A stretch of 64,000 bases of DNA from an uncultured Chitinophagales bacterium. Lineage in GTDB: Bacteria > Bacteroidota > Bacteroidia > Chitinophagales > JAHDHT01. The notes beneath the pieces were generated by a model, which searched no databases, was not told the origin of the DNA, and saw only the letters and a list, made by a program, of their open reading frames with translations. Position numbers and translations under genes: made by a program. Where the stretch lies: NCBI GenBank assembly GCA_938023075.1, contig CALHDG010000024.1, positions 2,050-66,049 of the forward strand, written 5' to 3'. Each line of letters opens with the position of its first letter. The first letter of the stretch is position 1. Of the stretch, positions 38,761-47,418 are shown in pieces.

Positions 38761-39975
38761 ATGAAGCTCTTACAATTAAAAGCAAAAGATTTTCGCTCGC
38801 TGAAAGATTTGGAGATTAATTTTCCTGATGAACAAGTGATAGCTATTATTGGGAATAATGGTTCGGGGAAGACGGCTGTTTTGGATGCTATAGAGATTTG
38901 TTTATTGAATATTCTATCGCTTATCCTAAAAAAACCTTACACTTTGCCTTTTGACGATATGGCATCAGAATTAGCCAAAATCAACTTAACATATAATCTT
39001 AACACCAAGGAAATTAGCTCAATAGCCTCGGCAAAAAATTATGAGGTAATCCCTTATTCGGATGAATTACCTACTTTTATGTATTATCCTTCACCAAGAA
39101 ATTATGAAGTTGATACTGTATTACATAGAAGTGGTAGTAGAAAATATGTTGATTCTTTTGGTTTTAGAATTAATAAATTAGCAGGTGAGGATTTCAAAGA
39201 ATGGTTTATTGCTGAAACTCAAAGAGAAAATGAGGAAATAAAAAGACGTAAAGATTTCGAATTTACATTAGATAGTTTAAATAATATTAGATTAGCCATT
39301 AATACTTTTTTTACACATTTAGAAGATGACCGATTTGATTCAATTTTTGTTAAAACTACTGAACCGGAAAAATTAGACTTTAAAGACAAACCGAAACCTG
39401 ATGTATACGTTAAGAAAAAATCGTTTGAATTAAAACTTTCTCAACTGTCTGCAGGAGAAAAAATGTTGATCTATATTGTGGCAGATATTGCCAAAAGATT
39501 AGTCATCTTTAACAAAGCAAAAGCATTAAAAGGAGAACATCTCGTTTTAATCGACGAAATCGACCTCCACCTCCACCCAAGTTGGCAAAAATCAGTGGCT
39601 AAAGCTTTAAGTGCCACTTTCCCCAATGTTCAATTTGTAATAACCACTCATTCGCCACTCATTTTAAATCAGTTAAAAACCGAATCTATTTTAATATTAG
39701 AAGATGGAAAGTGCACACCTTTAAGTGAAAAGTATCAATCCTTCAACAGCTATGGGGCAGATTTGGAAGATATTTTAAAAATTGTTCAAGGCACGGATAA
39801 TTTGATCCCAAAAGATATTCAACAGAAGTTAGATGAAATTAATGCCAAACTCAACGAAGGTGCCATTGAGGATGCGAAAAATTTAATCGCCAATCTAAAA
39901 ACTTTAACCGACCCCAATCAACCGGAATTGAAAAAGGCAGAAACGCAAATTCAATACAAAGAACTGCTTCGATAA
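38761..39975 (+). CDS. ABC/AAA_21-type ATPase, PtuA-like (Septu-type defence ATPase)
   Basis: Walker A GNNGSGKT, signature-like LSAGEKM, Walker B LVLIDEIDLHLHP, H-loop ITTHSP. Its stop overlaps the next ATG (TAATG). Confidence 0.75.
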   Translation: MKLLQLKAKDFRSLKDLEINFPDEQVIAIIGNNGSGKTAVLDAIEICLLNILSLILKKPYTLPFDDMASELAKINLTYNLNTKEISSIASAKNYEVIPYSDELPTFMYYPSPRNYEVDTVLHRSGSRKYVDSFGFRINKLAGEDFKEWFIAETQRENEEIKRRKDFEFTLDSLNNIRLAINTFFTHLEDDRFDSIFVKTTEPEKLDFKDKPKPDVYVKKKSFELKLSQLSAGEKMLIYIVADIAKRLVIFNKAKALKGEHLVLIDEIDLHLHPSWQKSVAKALSATFPNVQFVITTHSPLILNQLKTESILILEDGKCTPLSEKYQSFNSYGADLEDILKIVQGTDNLIPKDIQQKLDEINAKLNEGAIEDAKNLIANLKTLTDPNQPELKKAETQIQYKELLR

Positions 39976-40790
39976 TGAGATACATCAAAAGAGCAAAGGA
40001 TGAAACTTTACCAGTTGAATTTACGAATTGGTTGACTTCTGATAAAAATGAAAAGAAAATTGAAACTGATATTGCAGATGAGCATGTAACCGGAAAACAG
40101 CTTTGGTCTTTTTTTAGAGATGATGGAACTGTTGCTTACGAAGCATTGAAAAAACACTTGGTTGAAGTGCAAGGTTTTATCTGCTGTTATTGTGGTCAGC
40201 GAATAGAAAACGATATGCATACGGCTGTTGAACATCTTCAGCCTAAATCAATATTCAAGTCTAAAATATTTGACTATAACAATTTACTGGCTTCTTGTAA
40301 AGGTGGTAGTAGTAACAAAATTCATACTGTACAAGAAGGAGAAACGCTTTTAAGCATAGCAGAAGATTATAAGATAGATATTGAGCATTTGGTAGATGTT
40401 TATGTGCATGCAGATGAACTACAATTGTTTGGCAAAAAATATGATATTGAAAATTTAAGTGTTGGTGATAGAATAGTAATTATTCCTTTGGTAGATGAAA
40501 AATCGCAGCATTGTGATATTAAAAAAGGTAAAAACGAAATTGCGATTAATCCTTTACAAAAAGATTGTACAGACTATTTTACTTATAATGTATTCAATGG
40601 AAAAATTATAATTTCAGACTTGAATAAAAAGACAATAAATACACTTGGCTTAAATAATAACCGATACCTTAATCAACTTAGAAAGAAAACAATTGATTCC
40701 GCCTTTCAACTAAAAGAAAATTTTTGGCAGACTTTGGTCATTCGAAACAGCTTTTTAGGGATAACTTACAAAAACTCATCAAAAATTTAG
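39975..40790 (+). CDS. HNH nuclease of the TIGR02646/PtuB type, interrupted by a LysM-like insert
   Basis: CCYCGQRI...AVEHLQPKS...YNNLLASC then QHCDIKKGKN form the HNH/zinc-finger elements. Residues 117-171 (nt 40323-40487) read HTVQEGETLLSIAEDYKIDIEHLVDV...LSVGDRIVIIP, which is LysM-like. The 3' end may continue in the -1 frame to 40864. Confidence 0.7.
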   Translation: MRYIKRAKDETLPVEFTNWLTSDKNEKKIETDIADEHVTGKQLWSFFRDDGTVAYEALKKHLVEVQGFICCYCGQRIENDMHTAVEHLQPKSIFKSKIFDYNNLLASCKGGSSNKIHTVQEGETLLSIAEDYKIDIEHLVDVYVHADELQLFGKKYDIENLSVGDRIVIIPLVDEKSQHCDIKKGKNEIAINPLQKDCTDYFTYNVFNGKIIISDLNKKTINTLGLNNNRYLNQLRKKTIDSAFQLKENFWQTLVIRNSFLGITYKNSSKI

Positions 40791-40881
40791 ATAATAAAAA
40801 TTATAATGCAAACAAAAAATTAGAAGCCTTTGTATTTGTGAAAATTTGGAGTTTGCTTAATTAATACCAAATTGATCTAAC

Positions 40882-42075
40882 TCACTCACAAGGCTCAATT
40901 TCCGCCCGGTATTTCGAACCGGCTTCTACCTTAAAACCGTTTTGCAAACTAATGCGTTCACCGGCTTTCATCATAATAGTATCATTGGCAACAACCCTTC
41001 CTTTAGAGTTAATTTGCAAACCGGCAGAGTAAAATTTACCAGTAATCGGTATGTCGTGGACCTCAATTATTTCATCGCAAAGCTCTTTATAAACAAGTGT
41101 TAAAGAATTGCTTTTCAATTGATTGGTAAAAACATCGTGTGTGTATAAGGTTAAGTTAACGGTTGTTCCTTGGCAGGCATCATCTAACAGGTCTGCAGTA
41201 AAAACATAAGGTGTAGCGTGCGTTAAAATACCACCATAACAATTATCGTTTGCTTGTATGCCTGTTAGTTGTCCACCTTTATATAGGGTAGTGCTATCCA
41301 TCAGTAGTTGAGGAGCTGCCCCATTAACAGCATAAATAAAAATGTTACTGGTTTCTGAAGCAATTGCCGTAGTGAAATCGTTGAGTGTATGGCAGTTAGC
41401 CAATAAGCTTTGTCCTTGCAAATACAATTCTACATCTTCATAGCAATTCACATATAAAGTATCATTAGTAGTATTTGTGGTATCTGTATGCCAAGGTTTA
41501 AGTTCATTAATTAACAAAGGCTGTCCATTGCCCGGGAAGGTATTACTAATATGTGTTTCAACATAACCCATTGGCAGTAAAATGTACTCTTCTGCAGGTA
41601 GGTGGTTATTAGCAGTTAATGTCGAATTTATAAAGGTTGTGTCTACGGTAACAAACAAAGCCATTTCAACTTCGTACAAAGCCCCATCGCAAGGGAAAAA
41701 ACCATCTTCACTGCCAATACTAATGGTATCTAAGGTAAATTCATAACTACATAATGCGTTACTGCCAAAATCATAATTTACGTAACCGGATAAGTTGTTT
41801 GGAAAAGGGTTCAATACGTGGCAATTATCACTCCGGCTTCCATTAGGCAGTATTTGATAAATGTACACATCTAAACCGATGTTCATATTGGTGGTATAAC
41901 AAGAAAGTTTCCCCCAATTAACGTTGGTAATTTGCAAGGCTTGTTCGTCTGCATCAAAAAAAAGACTATCTGCCGAAAAAATGACACCACAATTATTGAT
42001 GTTACATTGACTAAAAGCATGGTTGCTCGAGCAAAAAATAGCCATTGTAAAGATTAAAGCATGTAAGTGTTTCAT
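40882..42075 (-). CDS. secreted hypothetical protein with conserved C-terminal tail
   Basis: Start moved to ATG 42075 (MKHLHALIFTMAIFCSSNHAFSQ signal peptide). The C-terminus KAGERISLQNGFKVEAGSKYRAEIEPCE is shared with three other proteins in the window. Confidence 0.7.
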   Translation of the reverse strand: MKHLHALIFTMAIFCSSNHAFSQCNINNCGVIFSADSLFFDADEQALQITNVNWGKLSCYTTNMNIGLDVYIYQILPNGSRSDNCHVLNPFPNNLSGYVNYDFGSNALCSYEFTLDTISIGSEDGFFPCDGALYEVEMALFVTVDTTFINSTLTANNHLPAEEYILLPMGYVETHISNTFPGNGQPLLINELKPWHTDTTNTTNDTLYVNCYEDVELYLQGQSLLANCHTLNDFTTAIASETSNIFIYAVNGAAPQLLMDSTTLYKGGQLTGIQANDNCYGGILTHATPYVFTADLLDDACQGTTVNLTLYTHDVFTNQLKSNSLTLVYKELCDEIIEVHDIPITGKFYSAGLQINSKGRVVANDTIMMKAGERISLQNGFKVEAGSKYRAEIEPCE

Positions 42076-42419
42076 GTATTTGTATAGTTTTTTCAAAGAG
42101 TAAAAAATGTTTAAATTTAAATAACATAGCACAACCCTACGTTCAAAATTACTATAAAATTGATTCAAATTCAAGCATATATAGTATTTGGCAAGTAAAT
42201 TTACAAGTTTACCAAGCTTGTTGCTAAACTGTATACTACTTCATTGGCTATAGAATTATTTAAAACAAACAAAATGCCCTATTTTTGCAAAGTTCTGATA
42301 ATAGGCATGGACAGATTGATATTAAGACAGAAGTAAATATTTAGTTCAAAAAATTATCTTATATTTAATAATTGAATGAATAGATACTTGTTGATAAAAT
42401 TAAATAGTAAAACCGTAGT

Positions 42420-43613
42420 ATGGAGCTTTTAGAAAATTTGGCTGAATTTTTAAAGATTGACATTAAACAAGAAAACTCTGTCGATTCTGTTTTTTTGGTT
42501 ACCCTAAAATATTTAGATAAACTAAAAGCGCAGGATTTTGAATATGAATTGCTTATTCCATTACGGGGTATATTGAATAAATTTGCCAATTCAGCAAATT
42601 ATCATGGGGTAGAAAGTATAGAGCTTACCGAAGCCACCAACGATTTTATTGATACCGTAAACCAAACTACCTACCGCCCGGTAGAACAAGAAGGCGGCTT
42701 TATTGACTTTTTTGGCAAGAGTAAGAAAAAAAACATCATCATTACTAAAACCAATGCGCCTATTTATCAGAAATTTCAAAACCTATACAATGCTTTAATA
42801 GCCACCTACAACTTAGTAAAAGATGGGCAACCGAAATCGCGCGATTTAGATTTAGAAGGTTTTTACAACCCAAATCATGCCAACAAAGGCAAAGCCAAAC
42901 AATTGATTGTTATTGCTAAAGAACAAATTGAACGAAATATCGCTTTAGCTGCTGGACCGAAAAAAACATTAACCGATTTTATTACCAAAACTATTTTTGA
43001 GTTAGATAAACCCAACTCGAATTGGACTCTCATTTTTGGCAGATTAAAAGAAGTTATAACCGTTTTGCATGCCTTGGAATCGTTAGCCAATGGTATTAAT
43101 GGTATAAGCACTTTAATTATTGCTTGTCAGAAAATAGAAGAAGCCATACAAATTATTGATCAGACTTCTATTAACATCAACTACAAAACTATGAACCATA
43201 TTTTTAACATACAAGAGGGAAGTTTATTAATTGATAGCCCAAGCCCAACGCTACAAATTGAACCTATTGAGGAGCTTAACAATCAACCCATTACTACTAT
43301 AGTAGAAACAGAATCTACCCCAATAGAAGTGCAAGAAGTGGCAAACGAAATTTCTGCTGAAGAAGTAAAAGTGGAAGTGGATGATAAACCGGAAGCTAAC
43401 AAACAGAAACCGATTGAAACGATAGAAACAGAAATAGTTGAAGAGAAAATAGATATTATTGAACCAGAAACCGCTAAAACCGCTAAAAAAACAGCTACAG
43501 CTACCAAACCGCCTGTTAAAGCAACTGCCAAAAAATCTACCCCTAAAAATGCAACTAAAGCAAAAACCACCAAAGCCAAAACAACCCGCAACAGAAAGAA
43601 AAAAACAGATTGA
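42420..43613 (+). CDS. hypothetical protein with acidic linker and Lys/Thr/Ala-rich (histone-H1-like) tail
   Basis: 397-aa ORF with the C-terminal 47 aa TAKTAKKTATATKPPVKATAKKSTPKNATKAKTTKAKTTRNRKKKTD. Confidence 0.65.
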   Translation: MELLENLAEFLKIDIKQENSVDSVFLVTLKYLDKLKAQDFEYELLIPLRGILNKFANSANYHGVESIELTEATNDFIDTVNQTTYRPVEQEGGFIDFFGKSKKKNIIITKTNAPIYQKFQNLYNALIATYNLVKDGQPKSRDLDLEGFYNPNHANKGKAKQLIVIAKEQIERNIALAAGPKKTLTDFITKTIFELDKPNSNWTLIFGRLKEVITVLHALESLANGINGISTLIIACQKIEEAIQIIDQTSININYKTMNHIFNIQEGSLLIDSPSPTLQIEPIEELNNQPITTIVETESTPIEVQEVANEISAEEVKVEVDDKPEANKQKPIETIETEIVEEKIDIIEPETAKTAKKTATATKPPVKATAKKSTPKNATKAKTTKAKTTRNRKKKTD

Positions 43614-44482
43614 AAAAATTAAGCAATACTACCATTAAATATTTTGCCTTTTGGTTAACTATATTGATATTTTATAGTTGCCAAAATGCTCAAGTTAATA
43701 ATGACAAAGCTGTTGCAAAAGTGCAAGATGATTATTTGTATTTAAATGAACTATTAGCAATAGATGTGCCCTATTCTAACAAAGAAGATAGTGTTGAGTT
43801 TATTGAAACCTATGTTGAACAATGGATAAAATCTCAGCTCTTTTTAAATAAAGCCGAAGAATTTTTACCACCTAATTTAAGTGATGTAGACCGTAAAATA
43901 GAAGATTACCGAAAGAGCTTGATTACCTTTAATTACGAACGTCAACTAATTTCTCAAAATGTGGATGATAAGGTGACCGATGAAATTATTGCCAATTATT
44001 ATGCAACCTACAAAGAAAATTTCAAGTTAGCTGAATCTATCATCCGCCCCAAATATATAGTGGTAGAGTCCGATATTATTTCATTAGATAGTATTAAAAG
44101 TTGGATACGCTCAAATGATACACAAGCCCACGAACAATTTGCCAATGCTGCTATTAGTTTCGGCAGTAATTATTGTATTGGTGAAGATTGGTTTAGCTAC
44201 GATAGCTTTTTTGATAAGATGCCGGAAGGCATTAAAAATAAAGGGAATTTACTAAAACCCAACCGTTATGTTGAATACGAAGAAGACGGTTTGGTGTATT
44301 TATTGCGCACGGTAGAAGCCGGTAAAAAAGGCGAAGTAGCACCATTAGACTATAAAAAGCAAGATATTGAAAAAATTATCGTTAACAAACGGAAGATTGA
44401 ATACCTCAAACGCATAAAAGATAAAATATACAATGATGCCATCAACAATAATGAATTTGAACGATACACAATTGAAGAATAA
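43610..44482 (+). CDS. lipoprotein, possibly SurA-N/PpiC-associated chaperone-like
   Basis: TTG start overlapping the upstream stop. Lipobox-like ILIFYSC. Assignment rests mainly on position upstream of a parvulin PPIase gene. Confidence 0.5.
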   Translation: MKKLSNTTIKYFAFWLTILIFYSCQNAQVNNDKAVAKVQDDYLYLNELLAIDVPYSNKEDSVEFIETYVEQWIKSQLFLNKAEEFLPPNLSDVDRKIEDYRKSLITFNYERQLISQNVDDKVTDEIIANYYATYKENFKLAESIIRPKYIVVESDIISLDSIKSWIRSNDTQAHEQFANAAISFGSNYCIGEDWFSYDSFFDKMPEGIKNKGNLLKPNRYVEYEEDGLVYLLRTVEAGKKGEVAPLDYKKQDIEKIIVNKRKIEYLKRIKDKIYNDAINNNEFERYTIEE

Positions 44483-44504
44483 TGCTCAATTCATCAACTT
44501 AAGA

Positions 44505-45860
44505 GTGCTTACAAAATTCATCAATCATCACTCAACCTTATTTTTTGTATGCCTTTCCTTTTTTATGATGCCTTCGCTTTTTGCCCAAAACGTAGATAAA
44601 ATTGTAGGGATAGTTGGCGATGAAATCGTACTAAAATCTGATGTAGAAATACAACAAAAACAAATGGAAGCGCAAGGAATGAAACAAGAAGGTTTAGGCT
44701 GTGCATTATTTGAAGAATTGATGTTGCAAAAATTGTTAGTTACCCAAGCAGAGGTAGATAGTATTGTGGTTTCCGAAGATGAAATTGAAGGCGAATTAGA
44801 TCAACGCATACGGTATTTTGTGAATATGTTTGAAGGCGACCAAAGTAGGTTAGAAGCTCATTATAATAAATCAATCATACAAATAAAAGATGAATTTAGA
44901 GGTAATATAAAAGAACAGTTGGTTTCGCGCAGAATGCAACAAGAGGTGGTGGGCAATGTAAAAGTAACCCCAGCTGAGGTAAAAGCCTATTACGAAGCTA
45001 TGCCAACCGATAGCTTGCCTTTTTACGATGCCGAAGTAGAAATGGCACAAATTGTTGTGATGGCAAAAGTAGGAGAGGAGCAAAAAAAAGTAGCCGAAAA
45101 AGAACTCACTAAATTAAAAGAACGCATTGAAGCAGGAGAAGATTTTGCGACCTTGGCTGTGGTGTATTCGCACGATACCGGCAGTGCCGAAAACGGAGGT
45201 GATTTGGGCTTTATGTCGCGTGGCGATTTGGTTAACGAGTTTGCAGCAGCCGCGTTTAATTTAGAAAATGGAGAAATATCGAACATTGTAGAAACCGAAT
45301 TTGGCTTACATTTAATACAAATGGTAGAACGGCGAGGCGAAAAAGCCAATATGCGCCATATTTTAATTCGTCCGAAAATTACTACTTATGACATGGAAAA
45401 AGCTAAAGCCAAATTAGAAGATGTTCGCCGTAAAATTTTAACCGACTCTATTAGTTTTAACAAAGCAGTCAACAAATATTCTGATGATAAACAAACTAAA
45501 AACAATGGTGGTAATATCATAAATCCGCAAACCGGTAGCCCCACTTTCCCGATGGACCAGATAGACCTTTCTTTATTTTCAGTGATCGATACGATGAGTG
45601 TTAATCAGGTTTCTAAACCGGCTTCTTTTAAAGATGAGCGCGATGGTAGTTTGGGCTTTCGTATTATTCAATTGCGTAAATCAACCGATGCGCACCGGGC
45701 TAACTTAATTGATGATTACGAACGCATTAAAACAGCCGCCGAAAACGACAAACAACAAAAAGCCATGGCAAAATGGATAGGTCGCAAAGCCCCGGATACC
45801 TACATTTTTATTGAAGAAGATTTTAAAGATTGTACCGAAGCCGGTAAGTGGGTTCAGTAA
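44505..45860 (+). CDS. SurA-like peptidyl-prolyl isomerase (parvulin domain)
   Basis: Parvulin motif GGDLGFMSRGDLVNEFAAAAFNLENGEISNIVETEFGLHLIQ. GTG 44505 gives a sensible signal peptide (MLTKFINHHSTLFFVCLSFFMMPSLFA-Q). The ORF-track start 44433 overlaps the previous gene. Confidence 0.8.
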   Translation: MLTKFINHHSTLFFVCLSFFMMPSLFAQNVDKIVGIVGDEIVLKSDVEIQQKQMEAQGMKQEGLGCALFEELMLQKLLVTQAEVDSIVVSEDEIEGELDQRIRYFVNMFEGDQSRLEAHYNKSIIQIKDEFRGNIKEQLVSRRMQQEVVGNVKVTPAEVKAYYEAMPTDSLPFYDAEVEMAQIVVMAKVGEEQKKVAEKELTKLKERIEAGEDFATLAVVYSHDTGSAENGGDLGFMSRGDLVNEFAAAAFNLENGEISNIVETEFGLHLIQMVERRGEKANMRHILIRPKITTYDMEKAKAKLEDVRRKILTDSISFNKAVNKYSDDKQTKNNGGNIINPQTGSPTFPMDQIDLSLFSVIDTMSVNQVSKPASFKDERDGSLGFRIIQLRKSTDAHRANLIDDYERIKTAAENDKQQKAMAKWIGRKAPDTYIFIEEDFKDCTEAGKWVQ

Positions 45861-45898
45861 TGTTAAAATAAAAAAATACGTTTCAATATAATTTAGTA

Positions 45899-46033
45899 GA
45901 AGCGAAACCAAAGGGCTTTACAGAAATTTTTGTCCCGCTTTCCGCTCAAATGCCATTTTGCCAACGCTTCAAAAGCTATTCAAAATGGCATAACCGCTGC
46001 AATCGGGGCTAGTTTAAAAACTTCGGTTCTTCG
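45899..46033 (+). repeat. family-A intergenic structured element
   Basis: Full-length copy between convergent genes. Confidence 0.75.
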
Positions 46034-46139
46034 TAAAAGCACAACCTTAATGTAAACCAATTTGATAAATTGGTTAATCATTATCAATATACCACTCTCC
46101 AATCAGCGTACTAAGTGACATTTCATAGTCAATTTGGTA

Positions 46140-47186
46140 TTATTCATAAGCCTCAGCATAATAAACCGCCAATATCGTTTGTCCAACGGCTTTTAGGGTA
46201 GTTTTATTAATGTTGTCCATGTCGTCTTTTTGGGTGTGCCAGTGTTTGTTAAACTTTGAATTGGCTGATGCATCATATTCAATAATATCAATAGTGGGGA
46301 TGTTAGTAATAGGGTTTACATAATAATGATCGTCAATAACGGCTTTGGTTCGTTGATTTTTAAAAAAACCGCTATAACCTAATTCGGCGGCTTTGTTCCA
46401 TACTTTTTTTACAATGTGTGGAGCGTAATTAATAGAAGTACCTTCTTTAGTGAAGATGGCATTTGGGGCACCAACCATATCAAACAAAATGCCATACATT
46501 GGTAAATTCGGTTTGCCTTTTACACTGTTCGACCAATATTGCGAACCCAAACAATAACTGTTTTGTTTTTGAGGTAAAGGGCTATCTTCCGGTTGCCCAT
46601 AGTCTTCAGAGTCGAAGAGAACAAAATCTACTCCAAGGGGCACGTCATCTTGTGCGATTAAACGGGCTATTTCTAAAATTACCCCAACGCCACTGCCACC
46701 ATCATTGGCGCCTAATATCGGTTTGTTATAATTGCTTTTATCAGCGTCTTGATCAGAAAATGGGCGGGTATCCCAATGAGCGGAATACATAATGCGTCTT
46801 CTGCGTTCGGGTTTGTATTTGGCTATAATGTTTTTACTGCGCAATAATGTACCATCAAAGGCTTCTAAACTAGCTTCTTGAGTGGTTACTTGTAATCCGT
46901 AGCTTTTAAATTGATTAACTAACCAATTGCCGCAGGCTACATGTTCGGGTGTGTTGGGCACGCGTGGACCAAAATCGACTTGTTTTTGTATGAAGTAATA
47001 AGCACTGTCTGCATTAAATTGAGGAACCGCATAATTTGCTTTAGGTTTGGTTGTTTCAGTTTTTGTAACAATTTTTTTGTTTTTGGTTTGATCGGCAACG
47101 CAGCCGGAAAAAATCGCTAAGCTGATTATTACAGTTGCAAGCTGAAACAGTCGTTTCAGGTTAGGCGTTACAAACGCCTTTCTCAT
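46140..47186 (-). CDS. M28-family zinc peptidase lipoprotein (glutaminyl-cyclase-like)
   Basis: Motifs YSAHWDTRPF, GANDGGSGVGVILE and VLFDSEDYG. Start moved to ATG 47186 (MRKAFVTPNLKRLFQLATVIISLAIFSGC lipobox). The longer ORF-track N-terminus reads through a family-A repeat. Confidence 0.85.
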   Translation of the reverse strand: MRKAFVTPNLKRLFQLATVIISLAIFSGCVADQTKNKKIVTKTETTKPKANYAVPQFNADSAYYFIQKQVDFGPRVPNTPEHVACGNWLVNQFKSYGLQVTTQEASLEAFDGTLLRSKNIIAKYKPERRRRIMYSAHWDTRPFSDQDADKSNYNKPILGANDGGSGVGVILEIARLIAQDDVPLGVDFVLFDSEDYGQPEDSPLPQKQNSYCLGSQYWSNSVKGKPNLPMYGILFDMVGAPNAIFTKEGTSINYAPHIVKKVWNKAAELGYSGFFKNQRTKAVIDDHYYVNPITNIPTIDIIEYDASANSKFNKHWHTQKDDMDNINKTTLKAVGQTILAVYYAEAYE

Positions 47187-47221
47187 ACAACCTCGTTGCA
47201 AACGAGGTTGATGGGTACTTT

Positions 47222-47339
47222 GCGAGGGAATGCCGCCGGCAACATAGCCCCGATTGGAGCGGTTATTCCGTTCACGTAGTGACGGAATTTGAGCGGAAAG
47301 CGGGACTGTCTTTTCTACGGGCTTATTCGTTTCGCTCCT
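47222..47339 (-). repeat. family-A element, variant copy
   Basis: The reverse complement reads gtcccgctttccgctcaaattccgtcactacgtgaacggaataaccgctccaatcgggg. The central stem sequence is entirely different from other copies (ttccgt/acggaa). Confidence 0.6.
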
Positions 47340-47418
47340 CAAATCGCAATGGCTTTCAAAACAAGTGCTAAAAATATTAGTAGGTATTGATGCGTTTTTT
47401 TTGAAGTGGTTATTGCTA

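Noticed and set aside
43283-43591. 102-aa minus-strand ORF rich in Val/Ala/Leu
   Set aside because: It is antisense to the Lys/Thr/Ala-rich tail of the 42420..43613 CDS, so it is a low-complexity mirror ORF.
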